Part shown: positions 23,843 through 36,688 of the stretch, piece after piece
How the letters are laid out: each line of letters opens with the position of its first letter
Numbering within the stretch: position 1 is the stretch's first letter
NCBI GenBank assembly: GCA_004431415.1
Contig: QPMI01000049.1
Coordinates: forward strand, 124,001 to 188,000
Length of the DNA: 64,000 nucleotides
Source of the DNA: Cyanophora paradoxa CCMP329
Lineage: Eukaryota; Plantae; Glaucophyta
Direction of reading: 5' to 3'
The notes under the pieces: model-generated
Database searches by the model: none
What the model was told of the DNA's origin: nothing
What the model saw: the letters and a program-made list of their open reading frames with translations, nothing else
Translations under genes and position numbers: made by a program

Positions 23843-26683
23843 ATGAAGCGCAAAGCAACCGGAATAGATAATCAGACGTGCTCTATTTGCCTGGGCCACG
23901 CATTCTGCGACGAGTGCGTTCTCGTTGCTCCGCCCGTGCAGGAGTGTGGCCACACATTCTGCGATGAGTGCATTCTCGCTTTCCCCTCGGTGCGGGGTCC
24001 AGAGCCGCGCTGTCCCGTGTGCTTTGGACACGAGTACGAAATCGAGTCGAGCGAGATCGTTCGCGGAGACGGTGCGCATATGCATTCTCCCTCACGGCGC
24101 GCGCGCGCCGCGCCTGCGTAGATGCACTGGCCGCGTACTCATGATCATGATCATGAGCGCGCGCGCGAACATCGCCAGAGATCGGGCGCGGGACACTGGG
24201 AGCGGTGTACGCAGGGACCTGGGCGCGACGGCAGTACGTGTTGCCGGCGCCGATCGCGCTGAAGGTGATCGAGGCGGCGACGCTCGGAGCGGCGGAGGAA
24301 CGCGCGGGAGTGGAGCGGCGGCTTCGGCGCGAGGTGGCGATCCTAAGGTGCAGCACGCGTACGGATCCGGATACGTAAACGTTAACGTTAACGTTTTATA
24401 TTATTAACGTATACTAGCACTAGTACTAGTTATGCGCGCGTGCGCAACTGGCACGCGCCGGTCATGGCAACAGATTTAAATGGAGACCGCTACCGCTGCG
24501 TGCATCGCGTCGCTTCATACTCTAGATCTGAATCGGAGAGCGCTAGCGCGCGCGCCAGCACGTTGCGGGCCTCTTTCCTGGTGCAGTTCCGTGGCGTTAT
24601 CTGGCACGAGGACGGCGGGGCAACGCTGGTGATGGAGAGGGCGGAAAAGAGTCTGCGGGCGCTGCTAGCAGAGCGGCGGTTGACCTTCGCCGAATGTCTC
24701 GACCTCGGTGCTTTTAGATCTTCTTCGAATTCGCCCCCTCTTTTCCTTGGCACAATGAATTTTACTGATCAGAAACGATCCTGGGTGGGCGCGGCATGCG
24801 CAGGCATGCAGTTGCTGGACGCGCTGGCGCACCTGCACTCGCACAACATCGTCCACCGCAGCGTCAAGCCGAGCAACATCCTTGTGCGTATACGTACCGC
24901 CCCAGGCTTCCTACGTGCAGGAGACTGCGGGTGATAATATTTAATACCAGCGGGCAGGTGTTCCGCAGAAGGAGCGGGCGGCTCGAATTCAAGCTGGCTG
25001 ACTACGGCGTGACGTTCCCGGGCGCCGCGTCGGCGGCGACGGCCGCGTCAATGGCGGGGACGGCTGCCTACGCAGCACCGGAGACGCTGCTGGGCGAGGG
25101 CCCGTGCGCAACGTCTACGTCCTCTATATATCAATCTAGATCTAGAACTGCAGCTGTGCATGTTAGATGCGGCGCTGAAGCCGCCATTGTTGGTTATAGT
25201 GGGCGAAGCGCAGAGCGCACTTTGCGGGGGACGTGTACGGGGCGGCGGTGGTGCTGAACGAGGCTCTGGCGGGGCGGGCGCCCTTCGCCGGCGTGCCGCC
25301 CTTCCAGGTGCGAGCCTGGTCCCCGGCAAGCTTAAGCTTTAACCGCCCCTTCTCAGGCGGGCGCGGCAGGTCCTGCGGCGGGCGACGGCGGGCCAGCGAC
25401 CTGAGCTCGCGACCGAGGGTGCACCCGTGCACGTGGCCGCCATGCAAATGCGGGCTCCGATCCGGATCCGGACTCACGCAGCGCTGCAGCGGTGCCGGCG
25501 GCGGTACATGCACTGCTGAAGCGGATGTGGGCGGCGGAGGCGGCAGTGCGGCCGTCTGCTGAGGAGGCACGCAGCGCACTCTTGACGATAATTTCTTCTC
25601 CAACCGCGATTTCTTCCGACCAGGTTTGAGAATTTATATTCATTATTCGAAGAATTAAAATGTATGATTATCCACTTATATATTTCACTTTCGCAATACG
25701 CAGCTTCGAAGATTCTTCGCACGGCTGTTCATCCGCTTTCAGGAAAGCGGGACTGTGCTAGAATACCTGTTTTCCAATCGCATCAACGTGAAAGCGGCGG
25801 CTCAACACGGGAAAGCAACCTTTTTCCCGAACGAGTGGAGCGCATTCAAGGCGGCGCTCTTCCACTTCACTCGTACTGACTTGTACCCATCGGAGCACGA
25901 GAAGCCGTTCGTCAAGTCCGTCGATGAGAAGGAATCGGGCGTAACCTCTCTCCATTGGCGGTCGCTTCGGCAGCTTGCGCACGGACGCAGGGTCCTCAAT
26001 TTCCGCGCCCGCACATCCTCTAACGGCGACTGGATCGACCTCACCCGCCCCAACCCCAACATCCGGCTTCAGTGCGCGTGGACCCAATCTAGATAATATT
26101 GAGAGGGCATCGCTCTCTATAAACCTTCGCTGACATTCCGCGCGCACGGAGCAGGGAGGGCGGTGTGCTCATCGTCGACGCGGTGCTTGAGCGGGAGCCC
26201 CCAAGCTTGATGCTCATCACAGTCAAGTCCTTGGGCGGTGACCCTGTCTGCATTAAATTATTATTTACTGTGTTAAACGTTCGTTCTCTGGGAAGACTTA
26301 AAATCTGCACGTATACGTACACGTGTACATATATTGTACTTATACACATTATATATACACGACTGGAGTTGACTTGTGCATTAGAGACGGAAGTCGTAAT
26401 AGTCGCCCACCCCGACTTGCTCTTGGAAGAATTCAAGGACATGTATCAAGATCGTACGGGAGTGCTTCCCGGTGAGCTCGTGTCGAAGTTATCTTCAACT
26501 ACATATTTTGCTTATAATTACGACTCACGCCTCGATCGCGAGCTTTCAGACCAGCAGCGCATGGTATCGCAACAGCGCATTCTCGAAGATGGGAAGACTT
26601 TTCGGCATTATGGGATCCAGGAAGACATCACAATCAATGTAGTTCTTAAACTCCGAGGGGATTGGTGCGTGGACAATCATTGA
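23843..26683 (+). CDS. RING finger - TKL-type pseudokinase - uncharacterised domain - ubiquitin-like domain fusion protein
   Basis: Continuous spliced ORF: CSIC..GHAFCDEC..CGHTFCDEC..CPVC; EIGRGTLGAVYAG; IALK; HRSVKPSN; KLADYG; AGTAAYAAPE; GDVYG; RMWAAEAAVRPSAEE; ...; MLITVKSLG|ETEVVIVAHPDLLLEEFKDMYQDRTGVLP|DQQRMVSQQRILEDGKTFRHYGIQEDITINVVLKLRGD. Confidence 0.78.
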
Positions 26684-27090
26684 ATATCTGGTTGATCTTA
26701 TTGTAATTGAGAGTCGAGGCCGCGGGCATGTTGACTCGAGCACTTTTTCGTAGATTGATCATGCATATGATCTCCTGGTGGACCTTGATCAACCATCCAT
26801 TTTCCTCAGCTGTGTCTTTCCTATGTATAATTCTTTCCGCTTGTATACGCGTGCGGTGTCCAATACGGACTACTACAAGAGCAGCCCGGCGGCCCGGCGG
26901 CCGCGAGACTCTGAGATCGCCCGGCGGCCTTCGAATTCGTATTCAAACTACTCATGATCATGTATCACGGTATAATATTACGTATACTATTTAGTCGCCT
27001 CGAGCTAGCGCTAGCGCTCAGCCAGCGGCTTGAGCCTCTAGACTCAGCCATCGTCTCGCGCCGGCTGTTGACTAAGCTAGCTATTGATCA

Positions 27091-30000
27091 CTAACTAGTC
27101 GCGGCCTGAGCCTCTAGATCCAGTTGGGCCTGGACTGTCGGGTCGATGACGTCGACGGCCGGCGCCGCCGCGTGCGGGAGGGCCCCCGAAGACTCGGGCT
27201 CGGGCTCCAGATCCGTAGGCTCGAGGCCCGGGTCCATAACCACGACGGCCGCAGCTGCAGGTTCGGGGGGCTTCGGCCCGTCCGCCTGCGCCGACGCCGG
27301 CGCCGCAGACGGCTCCTCGCGATCGGCCACCGCCGCCGCAGCCGCAGCGGCAGCAGCGGCCGCGCGCGCCTCCTCTTCGGCCCTCCGCCGCGCCGCCGCC
27401 TCCTCCGCGAGAAGCCGGGCGCCTAAAAGAGAGACAGAGAGAGTTAGCTGCGCGTTCGGGCCGGATCGCGGCGCCCCGGCCCGGCCTCACCGGAAATGAA
27501 GGCGGCGACGTGGCCGGCGAGGGCGCCGCCGCGCTGCCACAGGAACGCGGCGCGCTGCGGCGGCCCCAGGCCGAACGCGGCGCGCAGGGCCGCCGCCGGC
27601 AGCCCCCGCGCGTACGCGTTCACCGCCCTGCGCACGCGCCGAACGGGTCGGGCCCGGATAGAGAGCGTGAGGGAGGGGGGTACCGCAGCGGGAGGCGGAG
27701 GATGCGGGCGTCTTCGGCGGCGGCGACGGCGCCCGCCGCGCGGGGCCGCGCCCGCAGAACCGCCGACGCCGAGAGGACCTCGCAGCGCCGCAGGACCGTC
27801 TGGGGAAAACAGGGGTACTGGGTTTCACGGACCGAGGGGAGGGGGTACGGCGACCGGACCTGCCCGCCGATGTCCTCCCGCACGAGGGAGCCCTCCAGGA
27901 CCAGATCCACGTACCCCACTGGCGACCGGAACAGCATTAAAACTGCGAGCCCCGGCGAAGATGAAGCGCAGCGTACCCGGGGCGCTGGAGCCTGCGGGGA
28001 GGAGGGAGTCCCCCCGCTGGAGGCGCTCGACGGCGGCGGCGGCGGCGAGGGCCTCGAGCGCCGGGGCCGGGGCCTCCGCGAAGGGGCCGAAGTGCCGCAG
28101 CGCCGCCGCCACCTGACGAGGAGCGGAAGCTGAAGTCAGAAAAAAAAAGGAAGTCGCGCAGTTGACTGAGCGAACGAACGAACCTCCTGCGGGGTGCGCA
28201 GCGGGCCGAACTCCGCGCCCTCACGCCTGAGGAGGGCCTGCGGGGGGTACGCTTCGTTCAGAAGAGGGGGGGGGGGATCCCGCGAGGGGCCGCGCACCGC
28301 GTAGGCCCCGCCCCGCCGCAGCAGATCCTCCGGCCTGCGGGAAGGAGTGAGGGGGGGTACAGGATTTCAACTCTGGTCAGGGGGTGTACGCGCCGCCCGG
28401 ACTCCACGAGGCGGCCGCCCTCGAGGACGAGGAGGAGGTCGGGGCGGGCCGCCGCCGCCGCCGCCGCCCTTCGCGGCTCATCGGATCAGAGGGGCCGCAG
28501 AGAACCGCGCGCGCGGGACGCGCGCGCGCACCGATGCGTGGCGAAGATCACGGTCGTCTCCTGCCCGAGATTTCAGAATTCGAACTTTCGAATCCGAGCG
28601 GGGAGGGGGGTACCTTGGCAAGGTCCGAGAGGGAGGCCGCCAAGGTACCCTCCGCCTCCGCTTCCATTGCCGAGCCGAACTGGAAGGGGGTACTTCATCA
28701 GAGGGGCGGGGAGGGGTACGGTGATTGTAAATCCCGGACCTCGTCCAGGAGCAGGAGGCGGGGCCGGGCGGCCAGGGCGCGCGCGAGGCCGAGCCGCTGC
28801 CGCCGCGCCGCCGGCAGCGTCCTTGTGTCCACCACCTGCGCAGAGGTGTCGGGGGAACCGCGTTTACTTTCCCTGTCGGCTTTTGCTTACGGTGTCGTAG
28901 CCCAGGGGGAGGGACGAGATCAGGTCCTCGGCCTGCGGACCACTTAGAAACGATCGCTGTACCCCAGGGTGGGGGTTCGACGCGCCTTCGCGAGCCGCGC
29001 GGCCCGCTTCACGTCGTCGAGCGAGGCGCCCGGGGTACCGTAAGCGATGTTGGCTCGGACCTGTACCCTCCCGTCAGGTGGTGATCATGAGGAGAGGGGG
29101 TCATGAGGGGTACGCGCCGTGTCCCGGAAGACGAAAGGGGTACGGTGCACGATGCGGAGGGAGGGAAGGAGCGCTTCGGGGGGTGCGGTTCCTAGGAGGA
29201 CCGACCCGGATTGGGGGGCCCAGGCCCCGGCAATGAGTTGCAGGAGCGCCGACTTGCCTGATCGTGGCGAAGGTCGGCGCGGGGCTTCGTTTGGGCGGGC
29301 CACGAGAGGGGGTACGGCGCACCGGAGCCGGAGGGCCCGAGGACGCAGGCGAGGGAGCCGGGAAGTACGTGGAACGAGACGCGATCGAGGAAGGGGCGCG
29401 CCGAAAAGGTGGGCGCGATGCACGTGAGCTGCGCGAGGGATGAGCAGCGGACCGGGGGGTGCAGGGAGAAACGAATTCGATGCGCACCCTGTGCACGGTA
29501 ACGGGTAGGGGGCCGGCATCCGAGGCCGGCGGAGGGGATGAGCCGGAGGGGGGTACGGGAGTGCGGCGCGGGGGATCCGTAGCGATGCGGAGGAACGCGC
29601 GGACGCGGAGCAGCGGCCCGTTCGCCTTGGAAACCTGCCGGATACCGCATTCGAGCGCCGAAAGGGCTGCCCAAGATAGATTCTCAGCAAGTTTGAAACG
29701 GCGGACCTCCGGAACCGCTGCGGCGACTGCGGAGAGGCTCGCGCCGACGGCGGCGACGCTCAGGTACACCTGAGACAGCTGCGGGGCCGGGGAGCACGTT
29801 ACTCGGGGGGGCAAGGAAGCAAGCAAGCGGGCGGCCCGGGGGTACGCGCGCCTGCGTGACGGAGAGGTACCCCTCGACGACGAGGAGGCCGCAGGCGGCC
29901 AGCACGGCTCCTTGGAGGAAGAGGGAGAGGGAGGACGCGACGGACGAGAAGCGGAGGCCGTTGACGCGCTCGCGGTACTGCGCGATCGATCGCGACGAGC

Positions 30001-32395
30001 CGTTAGTAACGGGCGGCAGTTACAGTTACTAACGGGCGGCCGTTACTAACGGACGCGCCTGTGCGGCGGCGAGGGCGTCGAAGGCATCCGCGAGCCCCGC
30101 GGCGGCGGCTTCGGCGCCGCCGTGCGCCCGAATCGTCCGCGAACCCGCCACGGCCTCCTGCGCGACCGGGCGCCGGATGAAGGGGTCGGAAGCGGAGGGA
30201 GGAGAGCGGAGCGCAGAGGGCGCACGCGGGCGCGGAGGGCGGCGGCGGAGCTGGCGGCGCGCCGCTCCTCGCTCGCCCGCGCGGCGCGCTCGCTGAAGGG
30301 CCGCAGGCACAGCGCCGCCAGCAGCTGCCGGCGCCTCAGAGCCACAGTGGGGGAGGGCGGGGCGGGGGGTACCTGGAGCCCCAGGACGGGCCCCGCGACG
30401 AGGGGATCCGAGGCCACAGAGGCCGCCACCTGCATCACCACAGTCCTGGGCAGAAGCTTAAGCTTCGGCGGCCAGACCAGAGCCGGTGCGCAGAGGGGCC
30501 GGCGGCGGCGCCTCACCCGGCGCCGGAGAGGGCGTTGCAGAGGGCCGCCAGGGGGGACTCCAGGGCCCCAGCGTCGAAAATCGCGTACCCCTCCACGTCC
30601 GCGGGGTCCAGCGACTCGAGCGCCGCGTCGGCGATCGCGAGCACGTGCCGCCCGATGCGCGCCTGTACCCCCGGACGGAACTTCGGAACGGCCGGGGGGA
30701 AGGGAGGGGCACAGGGGACCTGAAGGTCGCGGACGGCGCCAGAGGCGAGGCGTGACTGTACCCCCGTGGAGAGGAGGGAGAGCAAGACGCCGAGAGCGCT
30801 GTACCCCGCCGCCGCGGGACCGAAAGCCACCAGCAGGGCCCGGTCTCCTGCGCAGGCCGCGGGCTCGGTGGGGGGTATGACGAAAGAAGGGGATCAAGCG
30901 TACCCTTGAACGCGGCGTCGATGGTGCGGGAGAAGAGCGCGACGAGGAGGGGTACAGTGAGGTTCGCGAGGAGGAGAGCGCCAATGTAGCCCTGTGACCC
31001 CGTCAGAAAGGGGGGTGGCGGGGGAGAGCGGGGGGGGGGGGGGGGGGGGTACGGCGGACCAGGAACAGGCCGGGCCGGCCGAAGAGAAGCCCCAACAGGC
31101 GAGCGGTGGTCCACGCCAGCCCGGGGGTACCGGAGACACCGGTAACCTGCAAACACGGCGTTCTGCAGCAGCAAGGCGAGCGCATATACCCCCCTCCCCC
31201 TCTCACCTCGCGATCGAGCCAGGCGCCCCAGTGGCGCGCGAGGCGGTCGACGCGGTGGCGGCGGCTGCCCCCGAGGCGCGAGGAGGGGTCCCAGTACCCC
31301 CCGCCGCCCCGCCTCTTTGCGAAGGGAAGGAGGCCAGCCGCCGGCGTGCGGGGAGCGGCGGGCGGCCGCCGGAGCATCGGGGCCAGGCGGCCCAGCGCCG
31401 GCCGCTCCCGGGCCGACAGGAACCAGACGAACGAGCCCGCGAGGGGCCGGCTCGGTCGCTCGCCGTTGAGAACCTCTGCGGGGGAGAATCGGCCCCGGGG
31501 TACGGGAGCGGGGGGCGGGGGTACGGGGGTACGCGCCGAGGAGCGCGGCCACGGGATCGGAAGCCTTCGCGCCCGCCTCGCGGGACGCCGCCAGCGACTC
31601 TGCCGCGGAACGGAGTGAGCGGGGTACAGAGCTCGGATCGATTGCGACTCGAGGCTGTACCCCGGAGGGCCTGGAAGCGGCCGGAGTCGGGCATGCGGCG
31701 GGCCGCGCAGGCGCCGAGGAGGCCGTCGGTGGCCCAGCGCCACTCCGCCGGCGGCTCCGCTGTCCCCAACAGCAGCAGCGCGGCGGCCGCTGCGGGGCGG
31801 AGAGATCAGCGAGAGAAGCGCCGGCGGGGGTGGGAGGGCGGTCGGGGTACCCCGCTCCAGGGGTTCGAGGGAGGCACGGCCGCAGGAGGGGCGGGCGGAG
31901 AGGCGGAGGGAAGAGGGGCCGTCCCCGGGACGAGCCTCGGCGGGGCCACCGGCGCCGCCGTCCTGCGAGAGCGTGAGGGCGAGGCCCGGGGCGCGCGGGC
32001 GGGCGCGGGTCGCGGCGGGCCTCGGGAAGGGGCTGCAGCTCGACGCGGACGGGGAGGGCGCAGGCCGGCCTGGGGCCCACGAGGGACACGTAGCCGTCCT
32101 GCAGCTCGGCCAGCATCTCCGTGGCGAGCTCCATCAGCTGCGGGCCCGGCGGGGCGAACGACCGGAATCAGAGCGCGCAGAGCGGAGCGGAGCCGAGGCG
32201 CGCACCTCGGCCTCGGCGGGAGACGACGCGTCGGGCGCCTCGAAGCTGGTGCGGCGTGAGGCGGCGCGCGCGGGGCGAGGTTTGGGGGGCGGCGCACGTC
32301 AGGGAGAACCAGGGCGCGAGGGCGGGGGCGACCCGAGCCGCGGCCGCCGGCTCCTCCCGCCGCGGCCGCACCCGGACCTCCACCACCTTCGCCAT
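27091..32395 (-). CDS. Divergent ABCB-type half transporter (TMD-NBD) with a C-terminal cyclic-nucleotide-binding-like domain
   Basis: TM helices; EAVAGSRTIRAHG; Walker A GPSGSG|KS; FRDT|VRANIAYG; degenerate signature TLPAARRQRLGLARAL; Walker B LLLLDE; H-loop TVIFATH; then LRHFGPFAEAPAPALEALAAAAAVERLQRGDSLL...VDLVLEGSL...RAAGAVA...ARILRL (cNMP-like). Some exon boundaries are uncertain. Confidence 0.7.
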
Positions 32396-33081
32396 GGTTG
32401 CCGCAGCTCACGGCGTGGCACGCGCGAGCGCCCGCCCTGGTCTTGGCGCCAGGCGGGCCGCAACGCTCGAGCTGGCGCGTCCGGTCGGTCCTCGTGCTCT
32501 AGGCTCCGCGGCGAGGAGGGTAGGATGAGAGCCAGGCGGTTGCCGCTCGCATGACCGCGCACCGCAGCAGCTAATGGGCTGGCGCGTCGCGCATCAAATC
32601 ACATCGCAGATCGCCGTGCGCTGCCGCTGAAGGGAGCTTTAGTGCCTGAGGCATTGCATGCGGCAACTTTTCCACACGCTCAAGGGAGAGCAGAGCTAAA
32701 GGGACTCGAAGCTTAAGGGGCTAGTTCTGCAGGGGGGATTCGGCGGCGGCGGGGTACGGCCTTCAAAGTCTGGCGCAGATCGCGTTGCTTATAAGTTATA
32801 AGTAGGCGTGCCTATGGCATCCCGGCGTTGTTTTCGAGGAGCTCGAGCTCGTGCGCTCGAGCACATCTCAAGACCGCAGCCCAATAACTAACTGAGGGGC
32901 GCGCGCGCGCCCGGCCGCCCAGTGCTCGAGCTAAGCGCACGCGTACGGCGCATATGCGGACGGCGCGGAGGGGTGCAAAAGAAGAAGTCCATACATACTA
33001 AGTGCACACGTTAAAGGGAGCGAAGGGAGGTCCGCGGGGGCGGGGGAGGGGCGGCGGGGGTGCGGCGGCGCCTCCGGCCCC

Positions 33082-34773
33082 TCAGCCGCCGTTGGGGAGC
33101 CCGTTCGAGGGCGAATTGGAGTACGACCAGATGCGGATCGTGCCATCCAGGGAGCTGCGAAGAGTCAGGGTTAGGGGGCGGAAGCCGCTTTCGAATCCGC
33201 GTTCGCGTACCCCGAGGCGAAGGTGTCCTGCTTGGGGGAGATGCGGGTACAGTGGACGGGGCCGTGGTGGCCCTTCAGGCACTCTGCGGGGAGGGGGGTA
33301 TGAGATCGCGGGGCGCGAAGGGAAGGGTAAGGAGGGTACGCCGCGCACCGAGCTCCTTGCCCGACTCGAAATCCATGACGCGGACCCTGTGCGGGGCGGG
33401 GCGTTGGCAGGGGAAAGCGGGTAGAAGGGGGGAAACGAGCGGAGAGGGGTACCAGTTGTCCGTGCAGCCGGCGATGAAGCGCTTGTTGTCCGGGTGCAGA
33501 GCGACGGACTCGACGGGCGCTCCGATCGCGAAGCTCTTCACAGGCTCGAACCTGCGCGGGGACGATTCGAAAGCGCAGCGCAAGAAGGGGTACGGGGCAG
33601 CGCACGTCGCGATGGAGAAAAAGCCGGCCTCCTTGCCGCAGGCGGTGGCTATGTGCTTCCCGTCCTGGCTCAGCTCGATGCCTGCGGGCGGCCCCGTCGG
33701 CGCGCGAAGCGGCGGGTCGGGCGGGGAGCCGGGCCGCACTGGTGACCGGCGCCGGCGTATTCATGACCTTAATGACCTGCTTTGTCCGCACGTCGACGAC
33801 GCTGCGGCGAGCGTGAGCGGCCAGGCACGCGCGCCGCGAGCGCGAGCGAGCGCGGCGAGGGGCGCACTGGACGCCGCCGGCCTCCTGCAGGCCGACGAAC
33901 ACGAGGTTGTCGCTGTGCGCGGGACCCGCGAAGACGGCGGTCTTGATGATGTTGGGCAGGCCCTCGATCTGCGGCGCCGCGGCGGTCAGCGGTCACGATT
34001 TGATCTCCGTCATCGAAGACGGCGAGCGGCCGAGGGAAGGGGCGCGGCCAGCCCGGGGCGCTTCTAGAATGCAGGCGAGATGCGCAGATTATGGCCGCAT
34101 CGCCGGCGGCGACTCACCTTCAACACCTCGGCCTCGGGCTTAGTCACGTCCCAGAGGCGAAGGCACTTCTCGTGGCCGCCCGTCACGATGCGCGAACCAT
34201 CCTGATCGCGAAGGATTCAGAGAAAAGCAGCGCGGGCCGCGGGGACCGGCGTACGTGCTGGAAGTCGACCGCCTTCACGATGTGGCCATGCTTGAAACTG
34301 TGCATCTCCTCGCCCGAGATCGCGTTCCACAGCTTACTGCAGATGCTTTCAGCAACAAGTGCTATGCACATAACGCGCCGGATTAACGTACACGGTGAAG
34401 TCCGCCGACGCAGTTGCGGCATGCGTGGCAGGCGTATTCAGGCAGGCACTCCAGACCGCGCCCTTGTGGCCCTCGAACGTTCCGATCCAATCGCCTGTTT
34501 CACCGTTGCGGAGCATCGGCTTGCCATCTGCAAGGTCGCATCGCGGTCAGAGCGAGGATGGATCGCGCAGCGGGCGCCTGCCCAGCGCGCGGCGCCCGGA
34601 TCGCGTCGCCTTTGCGATCACGGTCGTGCCCCAGGCGCTCCTTATGAGAGCGACGCACCCAGGCATGCAGAGATCAAGAATATGCCATCCTCGGTCACGT
34701 TGGAGAACCGAATCTCGGGGATTGGCCGAGAGTGTCCACTGCACACCAAAGGCGGCTTCGTGCCCGACGCCAT
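33082..34773 (-). CDS. STRAP: Serine-threonine kinase receptor-associated protein (STRAP/UNRIP), WD40
   Basis: [26 protein letters not shown]|[35 protein letters not shown]|KLWNA...HGHIVK...KGHHGPVHC...DGTIRIW. Confidence 0.93.
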
Positions 34774-35021
34774 CGAGGTTCAGACGCGGCGGCACCGACT
34801 GCAAAAAAACACGGGGGGGTGCGCTGTAAATCAGCGGGTCCGAATTTCTGCAAGCGGGTCGCGTCGGAGCGGCTCCGACCCTACGAGAACCATCTCTCGG
34901 ACAACTTGAATGTGCCAGCGGAGCGCCCCGCGCCTCGCGAACCCCAAGCTAAACCGGGCCCACGCCGCACTAGCACAGAGCGCCGCCCCGCCGAGCGCAA
35001 CCTAAGCTAAGCTACTCGGAG

Positions 35022-36688
35022 ATGCCGGAAGCGCGCTCGGAAGGCACCCGGACCTCTGACAGCGACAGCGAGGGCAGCGGCTACGCTTCCGATGCAGCGA
35101 GCCCGCAAGCGGCGGTCTACCCGCAAGCAGAACAAGAAGAGGATGCAGAGGAGAGCCCAGTGGTGCTCCACCTAGCGCCGAGCCCGAGTGCGCAGCCGGC
35201 AGCAGCAGGGGGAACCGGCGCGGAGGAGGCGTATACCGAGGACGACGGGGAGAGCTCCATAGATCACCGCGACCTGGAGTGGAACGATATTCCTGAGTAC
35301 GGAGGCCCGTCCTCAGCGTACACACCCTCCGAGTCGGGCGCGAGCTTCTCGGCGACCGCCCGCGCCTCGGCCTCCGCCTCCGCCTCGGCGGCGCGGGCGG
35401 CGGCCCGCGGGCCGGCACAAGAGCTCCTGGCGCTGCGCGCCGAGCGCGAGCTGCTGCTTGCCGAGATGCGGGAGGACCTGCGGCGCGCGAAGTACAAGCC
35501 GAGCACGCAGCAGTCGGCGCCGCACCTGCGGCCGCCTCCGGCGATCGGCCCCGTGCGGGTCTCCTCGCGCGCATCGAACAACCGCAGCTACCTGCAGGAG
35601 CTCGACAGCCGCGTGGACGATTCCGTCGCGGGGGCCGTACGCGCCCTCGCCGCCGGGCCGCGCACCCCGGAGCGCTCGCGCCTGCAGCACGGCTCCCAGC
35701 TGCACGCCAGTGCCCCCACCCTCGTGCGTACCCCTGCCCCCTCTCATCGCTCAGATCCGAGCTTATGCACGCGGCACGCCCCGCAGCCCCGCGCCTCTGT
35801 TGTCTCCCCCTACGCCCAGCCGCAGGCCCTGCCCCGCTCGCAGCCCTCCTCCTCCTCCGCCTCCTCCTCCCCGCCCCCCCGACCCTCCCGAGGCATCTCC
35901 CTCGAGCGCCCCGTCACGACCGGAGCCGTGCTTCCTCTACCCCCCCCCTCCTCCCCCCAAAAAGCTTTCTCATACCCCCCCCTCCGCCAGATGCGGGCGC
36001 TGGACGTGACGCGCTCGGCGGCGCTGCTGCCCGTCGAGTACGGGGACGCGCTGCAGAACCTGAGGCGGGAGGACACGCGCGCCGAGGCGGCCGCCGCCGA
36101 CTTCGAGGCACTCGAGCGACGCTCCCTCGCCCTCCGTGCGCGCCTCGAGGATCTAGAACGCTCCCACTCGGATTCGAACCCGGAATGTACGTCTGACCCC
36201 TCTTCTCCAGAGGAGGGGCGGGTCGCGCCCCGCGTGATCACGGAGGTAACCGCCAAGCGGACGCGGCTCGCCGCCAGCAAGTGCGAGGCCATGAAGGTGC
36301 TCAGATCAGATGAGTCTGACCGCCCCCGCCCCGTCGGCTGAGCCCGCTTGCCTTCGGGCAGGCCGCGGCGGTGGAGCGGATCCGGGCGGCCAACGCGGTG
36401 CGGCAGCGCCTGGCGAGCGAACGAAGGGCCACGAGCGAGGCCCAGTGGGACCTGCGCGGCCGCGCCCCCGCCGTCTTCCACCGCACCCCCTACGGCCGCT
36501 TCGCCCCTCCCCCGTGCGCTAGCCCGGCCCCCTTCCTTCCCTCCCGGCCTCTGAGCGAGCGCCCCCACAGCGTCCCCGCCCCGAAGAAGGTGCTGGAGCT
36601 GAGCCGGCTCTCGCTGGACCCCCACTACGAGGCGCCCCGCGCCCCCGTCTTCAAGGAGCGCACCGACTGGAGCCGCGGCCACCTCTAA
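35022..36688 (+). CDS. Hypothetical protein (acidic N-terminus, coiled coils, Pro/Ser-rich middle)
   Basis: Long open exon from 35022 with coiled-coil heptads (QELLALRAERELLLAEMREDLRR); spliced to a terminal exon ending FKERTDWSRGHL* at 36688. No family recognised. Confidence 0.6.
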
